Below are positions 10,406-20,000 of a DNA stretch of 20,000 bases, one piece after another. The stretch is from Sphagnum compactum (lineage: Eukaryota). The notes under the pieces are model-generated. The model made no database searches and had not been told where the DNA came from. It saw nothing but the letters and a program-made list of their open reading frames with translations. The stretch is taken from the NCBI GenBank assembly GCA_965153455.1, contig OZ234493.1, positions 36,941,245-36,961,244 on the forward strand, given 5' to 3'. Positions within the stretch are counted from its first letter, which is position 1, and every line of letters begins with the position of its first letter. The position numbers and the translations under genes were made by a program.

Positions 10406-11750
10406 AAGAACTACCTCCATCTATTGGCTAATTGAATGCACTTCAAAAGTTTTATTTATGGGAATGTTTCAACTTGAAAGAACTACCTCCATCTATTGGC
10501 CAATTGAATGCACTCCAAAAGCTTCATTTGTCAGGGTGTTCCAACTTGAAAGAACTACCTCCATCTATTGGTTAATTGAATGCATTCCAAGAATTTGATT
10601 TGTCATGGTGTTCCGAGTTGAAAGAACTACCTCCATCTATTGGCCAATTGAATGCACTCCAGGAACTTGATTTGTCAGGATGTTTCGAGTTGAAAGAAGT
10701 ACCTCCATCTATTGGCTAATTGAATGCATTCCAAGAACTTTATTTGTGGGAATGTTCCAACTTGAAAGAACTGCCTCCATGTATTGGCCAATTGAATGCG
10801 CTCCAAGAACTTGTTTTGTGCGAGTGTTTCAACTTGAAAGAATTACCTTCATGTATTGGTCAATTGAAACTCCGAAAGCTTGATTTGGCAAAGTGTCTCA
10901 ACATAACTACCCAACATAACTACCTTCATCTATTGGCCTATTGAATACACTGAAAAAGTTTGATTTGTCATGGTGGTCCAACTTGAAAGAATTATTTTCA
11001 TCTATTGACTGATTGAATGCACTCTGAAAGTTTTATTTGTTAGGGTGTTCCAACTTGAAAGAACTACCATCATGTATTAGCCGATTGAATGCACTTTAAA
11101 AGCTTGATTTGAATGGGTGTTCCGAGTTGAAAAAATTACCGTCATTTATTGGTCAATTGAATACATTCTAAAAATTTGATTTGTTAGGGTGTTGCAACTT
11201 TTAAAAACTACCTTCATGTATTGGCCAATTGAATGGACACCGAAAACTTGATTTGAATGGGTGTTTGAGTTTAAAAAATTATCTTCATCTATTGGTTAAT
11301 TGAATGCATTCCAAGAATTTGATTTGTCAAGGTGTTACAACTTGAAAAAAACTAACTTCATTTATTGACCAATTGAATGCACTCCAATTTTCATTTATAA
11401 AGCTTCTACAACTTAAAAGCATCATCCAAAAAATACATTCATCTATGGGCGAATTGAATGTACTCAAAGTTTTTCATTTGTCATGGTGTTCCAATTTGAA
11501 ATAACTAGTTTCACCTATTGGTCATTGAGTGCACTTGAAAATTTTTATTTGTGTGAATGCTTCAACTTGCAAGAATTATTTGCATGTACATTGGCCAATT
11601 AAATGCATTCCAAAAGTTTTAGTTGTGGGAGCTTAATTTGTATGAGCTTATAGGAAATACTTACGTTTATTGGCCAATTTAATGCATTCAAAGAACTTAA
11701 TTTGTTAAGGTGTTTCAATTTGAGATAATTACTTTCATCCATTGTCGATT
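10367..11750 (+). pseudogene. Out-of-frame, progressively decayed LRR units (~19) downstream of the frameshift
   Basis: The same 72-bp unit continues with caa->taa stops (~10429, ~10573, ~10717), a 3-nt deletion (~10868), a 13-bp duplication (10899-10924) and increasing divergence 3'-ward. Confidence 0.88.
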
Positions 11751-12684
11751 GTATCATTAGTAAAAAACCCTTTTTTTTTCAACCAAACCACTTTCAACTT
11801 GATGTCATCTTCGACTAAATTTCAATTGTATTGTTTTGAATATTAAAAAAAATTATTCACAATTTTCAAGTAAATTGTGAGCCACCTACTCTTTTGGTGG
11901 ACAAATGAAGGCATATCCCAAATATTTTGCAGCTCACAGAATGTTTTTAGCACACCCATGGTCTACAATTGAATTCTAGTCAAATTGTTGATTTGGAAAT
12001 TTACATAGTCTATAGTCAAGCCTTTTTGGGTTATGTGTCCCATGTTCAACTTCTTTGGTTGATTACAAAACATAGTGATGGATGATAGATCACACATTGA
12101 TGGATGACATTGAGATTGGCAGTAATGTCTTCGTTGCAAATGCACATCAAGACTATTTGTCGACTATGACTACAAGTTGAAGGCAAAAAATGAATGTTGA
12201 ATAATCTTACATATTATGTCCACAACTCAGTTGCAAATGTTATTTAGTAAACATGACAACAACCATTGTGCCATGTTCTACAAACATTGGTATATGCATG
12301 GTTCTAGTTTTAAGAAACAAATATTTATTGAGGTTGTCAAAGCCAACAAAATCATAAGGATGAAAATATGTTCTTTTTCTTTGAAAAACCCCCACAACTA
12401 GATATTGAAAACTATCAAGTTATTTGATGATTTGTCAAAAACATTCAAATCCTAGGTTTTACGATAGATGGTGGGCAAAAATGGTTTAGCTTCCAAGAAA
12501 ACATTATTCATGTCAAGATGGGACCTTTCACCCACTTCCCTATTAAAAGACATTTGGTCTCGAGAAAAATTTAACATAATAAAACTAGTTTTCTTTATAG
12601 TTCAATACATGAGAAAATACATATGGACAAGGAGACCTTGATGCCCAAGAAAAGAAATGATCTTTTGATCAATAGAAGCATTGT

Positions 12685-12975
12685 CACTAATGGAAAAAGG
12701 CTAAAATGTAACGAAATGATTTGTGATTACATCCGACTAATTGTCATTTACAACTAACATTGGTTACATTTGTGACTAAAAATCACATCACACATTTTTT
12801 TCTCACATTTATGACTATGTTGCAACTATTTTTAGGTTTTCATTCTTCCAATGAGACAATTTTTCATGTTATTTTCCTCTTAGAAGGCCTTCATATGGCC
12901 CATTAGTTGCAAAAGTGACCAAAAAATGATAATTAATACTTATTTACACATTAAGTTATGTATGTGACTAATTTT
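12685..12975 (+). mobile_element. Possible degraded CACTA-type DNA transposon terminus with subterminal repeats
   Basis: CACTAATGGAAAAA at 12685 resembles CACTA termini and is followed by clustered gacta/caacta/tagttgca motifs in both orientations. No matching right TIR or TSD found. Confidence 0.3.
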
Positions 12976-13049
12976 GTATAGGGTAAATCATGTGTTTTAT
13001 GTCATGGTAACTAACAATTATGTATAGTAAGCCTTATGTATACATCATG

Positions 13050-14130
13050 TACTCCACATTCATAATGGTATATATATATATGTATTATTTTTGTGGATTA
13101 ATTAAACATGGTTTGAAAAAACTATTATTGTATATTGACCTCATATTAAAATATATGTAAAAATGACAATACATCAATCATCCATAGGTGTATAAAAATA
13201 TATATACAATAATTATCATAGAATTATTGTGATTAAATTAATTACCAAAAAAGTATATATATAATCAAATTATTTAGAACTTAAAATCTAAAATTAGAAT
13301 CCATATTTAATCTTTTTACGCTAATCATAATATAGTTCAACTAATTAATGTAATTATCATCATTATTGTCAAATAATATATCTATTATTTATAATTACTT
13401 ATTACAATAAATAATTATTCTTTTAATATAAAAATTTGGAATTTTAATTCTTGAAATTTACAAATGCTAAAAATTAAATTAAAAAAAAATGTAATTGCAC
13501 TTATTAATCATATTGATAATTTATAATTAAAATTAAAATTTACAACTTTTATGGTAATTTTACTATAATGTGAATAATTAATGTACTTGTTGTAATTACA
13601 ATAATTGAATTATAATATATTATTGTTATGTAAAACCGATAATATTTTATTGAAACTAAATAGTTATTATTACAATAGTAGTTTTTACATAAAATTTTAT
13701 TACTTTTACACAATAATAAAAATTATAAAATTATACTAAATTGATTTTAATCAAATTAATTATTTAAAAATAATTTTCTATTTATTTAGTAGTAGTATCA
13801 TAAAAAGATTGTATAATATTTAAGCTATTTATACAATAGAAATTATAATTAAATTCGGATCTATTTTTTTATAATTATATTATAATTAAAATAAAATATG
13901 TAATTATTGTAAAATATTGTGTTTCTAATTTAAAATTACTTCTTTATGGGTAACAATTATTAGCACTACAAAATATTCACGTTTTTATAGTAATCATAAT
14001 TAATTACTATGATTGTAATAATTTAATGAAAGTTCATGACTATATGTTTGTTGTATTTTTTTGAATTTCATCATTATATGCATATTTTTATTCAAATTAA
14101 CAATTTCAATTTGTAAATGTTTTTGTCACT
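13050..14130. other. Extremely AT-rich low-complexity non-coding tract
   Basis: Runs of aatt/tata/atta with very few G/C and no ORFs. Confidence 0.75.
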
Positions 14131-15648
14131 TGATGATTTCACCATATGTTTATGATGTTTGAATACAATACAATATGTAGAAAATAAAATGTCATGAAAA
14201 AATGAATCACCCTATCTTGCAACTACCCCACCTATCATCTTTGTGGATTGTGATTTAGTTGCAATAATTTATTGACAATCTTTTTCGAGCATACCCATCA
14301 CTCTTGGCATATTGGAGAATACACACAACTTTGTCCCATTGTGTTGTTCCTTTTTGTGATGTCATTTTTATTATTTTGTGTTGTCCCGTTGGTGTGCAAT
14401 TTGGGGTTTAAAGTTAGATTCCAAAGATGTTCAAGGAAGGGTGGGCATGAAAATGGAAGCGAATATGGCACAATCACTCCCAATGGAAACACCCAACATT
14501 TTGGTTCAAACATGTAAAATATACTTTTGAATACATTTTGTTGTTTGCATGTTTATGTTATTTATTTCCATTCATTTGTGTGCTTTATTTCAAGATCTAT
14601 GGTATTCAAGAATCAAATTTCCATTGTTCTCTCTTAGTCTTTAATCATGAGGCACATGAATTAGTTTAGTTCAATGAGTCTTAGTTTCCTTTTAAATATC
14701 ATCCTTAATGAATTTCTTACATCCACGTGGTTAAGATCAATTAGTGCACCTTCATAATTTTTGTCACAAGTGTCAAACCACTAACTTTTTTAAGAACCAA
14801 GGTGTGGTTGCAAGAATTAATAATCTTCCATAAGTCTTAGTACAAGACCTTATAATTTTGCAAAATATAGGAAAATTTGGAAGGAAATGAATTAAATCTT
14901 TTTGAATTGGGAATATGAGTCCTTGATTCATAAGAACATTTACTACTTAATAGTTTTTAAAAACTTGGATCCATGATTTAGGATCCTCAATTCTTCATTA
15001 GGACATACAATCTTACGTTAAGAATTGGATTTCTGGATTATATTTTCCACTTTTGTCTTATGAAATCCAATCTTGCATATTGAGCTTAATTATGTGGAGT
15101 ACTTTTATTTTTTGTCACCCCTTTTTGTCAATTCCTTTTATGTCTTTCCTTGTTATTCTCAATTCCCCTGCCTTCTGCCTTACGAGTGTAATGCTTACAT
15201 CATATGTATACGGCATTTACACCTTAAATCCAACAACTCTACGATTCTTGAAAACAATACAAAAGAGAGGGAATGAGATATAAGAAACTAACAAAGAAGA
15301 TCACTCTTACATTCTTTTGTAAAGAGGATATGCTTTTCACGTCATCAGCTACCTCATTTTTTGATTCATAAATCAACAAGTCACATGCACCCGCCAAAAC
15401 ATTAGATAGGGATCAATATTCTTACAACTTCGTAGTAATCTCGCGTTCGTCCCATTTCCAAGATGCAATGTCTATTTCAAAGATGACCAAAATAACTTCT
15501 CAAAAGTGAAAAACATTTTATTGCCCTTATCCCTACAGGGCTACATCTAGCTTATTTTTGTGGAAAAGAAAATGGGACTCTAGAAATGAAGAAGCATTCA
15601 TGGGAAGTAGAAAAACAAGATACTTCTCACCCGATTTAATGTCATCGT

Positions 15649-16281
15649 CTAAACATCTGTGCGGGCGAGGGACCGCCTGCCATCCTGTGCCCCGCCTCGA
15701 TCGAATGCTCCAAATTCCATCCTTGTCAATTCGTGCTCTATTGTCCACCGCCTACCTAAAATCATGTCTGCTCCTTGCAAAAATTATAAAGTCACAAACA
15801 ACAACATACGAAACTCTTGATCTGGGCATTACACTCATAACCTCGCAGGCTGGAGGCTATTTCACCACAAAAAAACCCTGTGTAATAATGCCGGGCTGTT
15901 TTAGTGTAATGCCAAGTTTTTTTCTTCCGACTCTTTTCCACTTTTGGTTACTTTTTTTTTACTACTTTAAACTTTACTAAATTATTTCTTACTGTTCAAG
16001 GGGGCGAGGTGAATTGTTCTCGGGGAGGGGGTGCGCCTTTATTTATTTATTTTCATTTCTTTTACTATTCAAGGGGAGGGGGTGGAGGTTAACGTTTTTT
16101 TTTTCTCCTTCGTTGCACTGCACGGATGACAGAAAGTGGCCCTCTGAAATACGCCGAGCCATTCCTGGTCTGTTTTCAGACCCAAAAAGAAAGCTGTATA
16201 GTAAGAGTGGTAATAGGGGAAGCGAAACAACCTCCCTCTTTCCCCATTATGGACAATTGCCACCCTCGATATATTTAGAGA
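15649..16281 (-). mobile_element. Probable non-autonomous Helitron-like element (~630 bp)
   Basis: The minus strand begins TCTCTAAATATATCG (TC 5' end) and ends with a GC-rich hairpin (plus strand gcgggcg-agggac-cgcctgc, 15661-15680) followed by 8 nt and TTAG (CTRR-like). GC-richer than its flanks. The A|T target is not matched. Confidence 0.45.
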
Positions 16282-16369
16282 CCTGCTATACCCTATCATT
16301 TCTCCGTACCACAGCCTGAGAACTAACTTCTTATCATACATATCTCAAATGGAACCTGAGAAATGGATC

Positions 16370-16417
16370 GGGTTTAGGGTTAGGGTTTAGGGTTTAGGGT
16401 TTAAGGGTTTAGGGTTT
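16370..16417 (+). repeat. Internal (subtelomeric) telomeric tract, ~6-7 TTTAGGG-like units
   Basis: gggtttagggttagggtttagggtttagggtttaagggtttagggttt, in the same orientation as the terminal telomere. Confidence 0.9.
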
Positions 16418-16882
16418 TTGGAGTTTTGAGGTGACCTACCCCCCCATTTTCAAGGGTTGTGAATCCAATGGTGTAAAAACATTTTCATAATCTATCACCA
16501 TTTATGAGATATGGGGGGTATGAAAATTTGGGGTCTCGGGATAAATGAAGGTGTTTAGGGGTAATTATTATGGATTTTGAATGTTTTGAAGTGACCTACC
16601 CCCCCATTTTCAAGTGTTTTGAAGCTAGTGGTGGAAGTATTTTTGCCTAAAAATGTAGGGTTTGGAAGATATTGAAGATTTGGGGTTTTTGGGTTACATG
16701 GGCATTTGGAGCCAATTGCGATTTTGTTTTAGGGATTTGGAGGTGACCTACCCCCCCATTTTCAAGTGTTTTTAACAAGATGGTGCAAAAACATTTTCAT
16801 AATCTATCACCATTTGGAAGATATGGGGGGGTTTGACTTTTCAGTCCCTGGTTGACTTTTCCTGTATGTGCACAGAATTTGA
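16418..16882 (+). repeat. Subtelomeric satellite block, copy 1 (3 units of ~152-160 bp)
   Basis: Anchor gtgacctacccccccattttcaag at 16431, 16591 and 16743. Confidence 0.88.
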
Positions 16883-16939
16883 AGGTTTCCAGGGCAATGT
16901 AAGATGGGCATTTGAAGGTTTCCAGGGCAATGTAAGATG
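16877..16939 (+). repeat. Direct duplication, 30 bp identical, 33-bp period
   Basis: atttgaaggtttccagggcaatgtaagatg at 16877 and 16910. Confidence 0.9.
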
Positions 16940-16991
16940 TAATCCATAAAGTTGCTTGGGTGTAGGGTTTAGTGTTGATGTAGTTATGTGT

Positions 16992-17560
16992 AGTTTTGCC
17001 AAAAATATAGAGTTGTGTCATAATTTTGCCAAATTTGTGGAGTTATGCCAAGTTTTGCGAAAAATATGGAATTATACTAAGTTTTTGCCAAAATTATGGA
17101 AATATGTGAAGTTTTGCCAAATTTATGAAGTTATGCCGAATTTTGCCAAAAATATGGAAATATGTGGAGTTTTGCCAAAAATATATAATTATGTTATAGT
17201 TTTGCCAAATTTATGGAGTTATGCCAAGTTTTGCCAAAAATATGGAATTGTGTTAAGTTTTTGCCAAAATTGTGGAAATATGTGAAGTTTTGCCAAAACT
17301 ATAGAGCTGTGTTTTAGTTTTGCCAAATTTATGGAGTTATGTCAAGTTTCGCTAAAAATATGGACGTGTGTGAAGTTTTGCCAAAAATATAAAGTTATGT
17401 CTTAGTTTTGCCAAAAATATGGAATTATTTGAAGTTTTGCCAAAAATATAAAGTTATATTTTAGTTTTGACAAAAAATGGAATTATATTAAGTTTTGCCA
17501 AAAATATAAAGTTATGTCTTAGTTTTGACAAAAATATGAAATTATTTGAAGTTTTACAAA
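16992..17560 (+). repeat. Subtelomeric minisatellite, ~20 units of ~29-30 bp
   Basis: Recurring agttttgccaaaaatatggaattatg-like unit. Confidence 0.92.
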
Positions 17561-17616
17561 ACAGGGTTTAAGGTTTAAGGTTACATGTGTGTCCCCAGCA
17601 AAATTGGGTTTTTTTT

Positions 17617-18080
17617 TTTGGGTTTTGAGGTGACCTACCCCCCCATTTTCAAGGGTTCTAAAGCCAATGGTGCGATAAAATTCGCTTAATCTATCACCAT
17701 TTGGAAGATATGGGGGGTGTGAAATTTTAGGGGGGCCGGATAGATGAGGGCATAAAAGGTTAATTATGATACATGTTGAAGGTTTTGAAGTGACCTACCC
17801 CCCCATTTTCAAGTGTTTTAAGGCTAGTGGTGGAGTTATTTTTGCTTGAAAGTGTCAGATTTGCAAGATATAGGAGATTTGGTGTTTTTGTGTTTGATGG
17901 GCATTTTCACCTGATCGCGGTGTTGTTTGTGATATTAGGAGGTGGCCTACGCCCCCATTTTCAAGTGCTCTAAATCCAATGATGTAAAAAAATTTGCATA
18001 CACTATCACCATTTGGAAGATATGGGGGGGTTTGACTTTTCAGTCTCTGGTTGACTTTCCCTGTGGTTCACAGAATTTGA
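17617..18080 (+). repeat. Subtelomeric satellite block, copy 2 (diverged duplicate of 16418-16882)
   Basis: Anchors at 17630, 17790 and 17942 (offset 1199 from copy 1, same 160/152 spacing). Shares the 3' end tttgacttttcagt..tggttgacttt..cacagaatttga. Confidence 0.88.
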
Positions 18081-18098
18081 GGGGGGAAGTTTATCCCA

Positions 18099-20000
18099 GG
18101 TTTAGGGTTTAGGGTTTAAGGTTTCAGGGTTTAGGAATTAGGGGTTTAGGGTTTAGGGTTTAGGTTTAGGGTTTAGGGTTTAGGGTTTAGGGTTTAGGTT
18201 TAGGGTTTAGGGTTTAGGGTTTAGGGTTTAAGGGTTCAGGGTTAGGGTTTAGGTTTAGGGTTTAGGGTTTAGGGTTTTAGGGTTTAGGGTTTAGGGTTTA
18301 GGGTTTAGGGTTTTAGGGTTTAGGGTTTAGGGTTTTAGGGTTTAGGGTTTAGGGTTTAGGGTTTAGGGTTTAGGGGTTTAGGGTTTAGGGTTTAGGGTTT
18401 AGGGTTTAGGGTTTAGGGTTTAGGGTTTAGGGTTTTAGGGTTTAGGGTTTAGGGTTTAGGGTTTAGGGTTTAGGGTTTAGGGTTTAGGGTTTAGGGTTTA
18501 GGGTTTAGGGTTTAGGGTTTTTAGGGTTTAGGGTTTAGGGTTTAGGGTTTAGGGTTTAGGGTTTAGGGTTTAGGGTTTAGGGTTTAGGGTTTAGGGTTTA
18601 GGGTTTAGGGTTTAGGGTTTAGGGTTTTAGGGTTTAGGGTTTAGGGTTTAGGGTTTAGGGTTTAGGGTTTAGGGTTTAGGGTTTAGGGTTTAGGGTTTAG
18701 GGTTTAGGGTTTAGGGTTTAGGGTTTAGGGTTTAGGGTTTAGGGTTTAGGGTTTAGGGTTTAGGGTTTAGGGTTTAGGGTTTAGGGTTTAGGGTTTAGGG
18801 TTTAGGGTTTAGGGTTTAGGGTTTAGGGTTTAGGGTTTAGGGTTTAGGGTTTAGGGTTTAGGGTTTAGGGTTTAGGGTTTAGGGTTTAGGGTTTAGGGTT
18901 TAGGGTTTAGGGTTTAGGGTTTAGGGTTTAGGGTTTAGGGTTTAGGGTTTAGGGTTTAGGGTTTAGGGTTTAGGGTTTAGGGTTTAGGGTTTAGGGTTTA
19001 GGGTTTAGGGTTTAGGGTTTAGGGTTTAGGGTTTAGGGTTTAGGGTTTAGGGTTTAGGGTTTAGGGTTTAGGGTTTAGGGTTTAGGGTTTAGGGTTTAGG
19101 GTTTAGGGTTTAGGGTTTAGGGTTTAGGGTTTAGGGTTTAGGGTTTAGGGTTTAGGGTTTAGGGTTTAGGGTTTAGGGTTTAGGGTTTAGGGTTTAGGGT
19201 TTAGGGTTTAGGGTTTAGGGTTTAGGGTTTAGGGTTTAGGGTTTAGGGTTTAGGGTTTAGGGTTTAGGGTTTAGGGTTTAGGGTTTAGGGTTTAGGGTTT
19301 AGGGTTTAGGGTTTAGGGTTTAGGGTTTAGGGTTTAGGGTTTAGGGTTTAGGGTTTAGGGTTTAGGGTTTAGGGTTTAGGGTTTAGGGTTTAGGGTTTAG
19401 GGTTTAGGGTTTAGGGTTTAGGGTTTAGGGTTTAGGGTTTAGGGTTTAGGGTTTAGGGTTTAGGGTTTAGGGTTTAGGGTTTAGGGTTTAGGGTTTAGGG
19501 TTTAGGGTTTAGGGTTTAGGGTTTAGGGTTTAGGGTTTAGGGTTTAGGGTTTAGGGTTTAGGGTTTAGGGTTTAGGGTTTAGGGTTTAGGGTTTAGGGTT
19601 TAGGGTTTAGGGTTTAGGGTTTAGGGTTTAGGGTTTAGGGTTTAGGGTTTAGGGTTTAGGGTTTAGGGTTTAGGGTTTAGGGTTTAGGGTTTAGGGTTTA
19701 GGGTTTAGGGTTTAGGGTTTAGGGTTTAGGGTTTAGGGTTTAGGGTTTAGGGTTTAGGGTTTAGGGTTTAGGGTTTAGGGTTTAGGGTTTAGGGTTTAGG
19801 GTTTAGGGTTTAGGGTTTAGGGTTTAGGGTTTAGGGTTTAGGGTTTAGGGTTTAGGGTTTAGGGTTTAGGGTTTAGGGTTTAGGGTTTAGGGTTTAGGTT
19901 TAGGGTTTAGGGTTTAGGGTTTAGGGTTTAGGGTTTAGGGTTTAGGGTTTAGGGTTTAGGGTTTAGGGTTTAGGTTTAGGGTTTAGGGTTTAGGGTTTAG
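18099..20000 (+). repeat. Telomere, Arabidopsis-type (TTTAGGG)n, ~270 units
   Basis: The G-rich strand runs 5'->3' to the window end. Variant units lie proximally (to ~18630), then the array is near-pure. Confidence 0.99.

Noticed and set aside
4417-10883. Alternative-frame ORFs (…FQLERTTSIYWPIECTP…)
   Set aside because: Shadow frames of the 72-bp repeat, whose consensus happens to lack a stop in that frame; they are broken at random by unit variants.
4031-11750. CRISPR-like array (constant ~42-nt repeat plus ~30-nt variable part)
   Set aside because: The variable parts are homologous to one another, the period is a codon multiple encoding LRRs in one ORF, the context is eukaryotic, and there are no cas genes.
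11963-16341. Short ORFs (60-140 aa) in the intergenic region
   Set aside because: No recognisable domains, several rely on non-ATG starts, composition is low-complexity, and no coherent exon chain is visible.
16797-17285. ORFs 16797-17021 (-) and 16956-17285 (+)
   Set aside because: Translations of the subtelomeric duplication and minisatellite.

Overview
Eukaryotic, land-plant DNA, probably a bryophyte (inferred from the NLR class), forming the last ~20 kb of a chromosome arm. (1) 238-10405 (+): an intron-containing NLR immune-receptor gene with alpha/beta-hydrolase, NB-ARC and LRR domains (HNL type). Five exons are visible with phase-consistent GT-AG junctions, encoding at least 2864 aa; the start codon is not resolved. 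The last exon is a huge coding minisatellite of 88 consecutive exact 72-bp/24-aa LRR units. Their variation is concentrated in the exposed xxLxLxx positions, and they show nested higher-order periods: an apparently identical 792-bp triplication and a 288-bp Trp periodicity. (2) A 1-nt deletion at ~10380 ends the ORF, and ~19 progressively decayed LRR units follow to ~11750. (3) 11750-16370: AT-rich non-coding DNA with a possible CACTA-like end and a probable ~630-bp non-autonomous Helitron. (4) 16370-18098: subtelomere with an internal telomeric tract, a duplicated ~470-bp satellite block and a ~29-30-bp minisatellite. (5) 18099-20000: Arabidopsis-type (TTTAGGG)n telomere.
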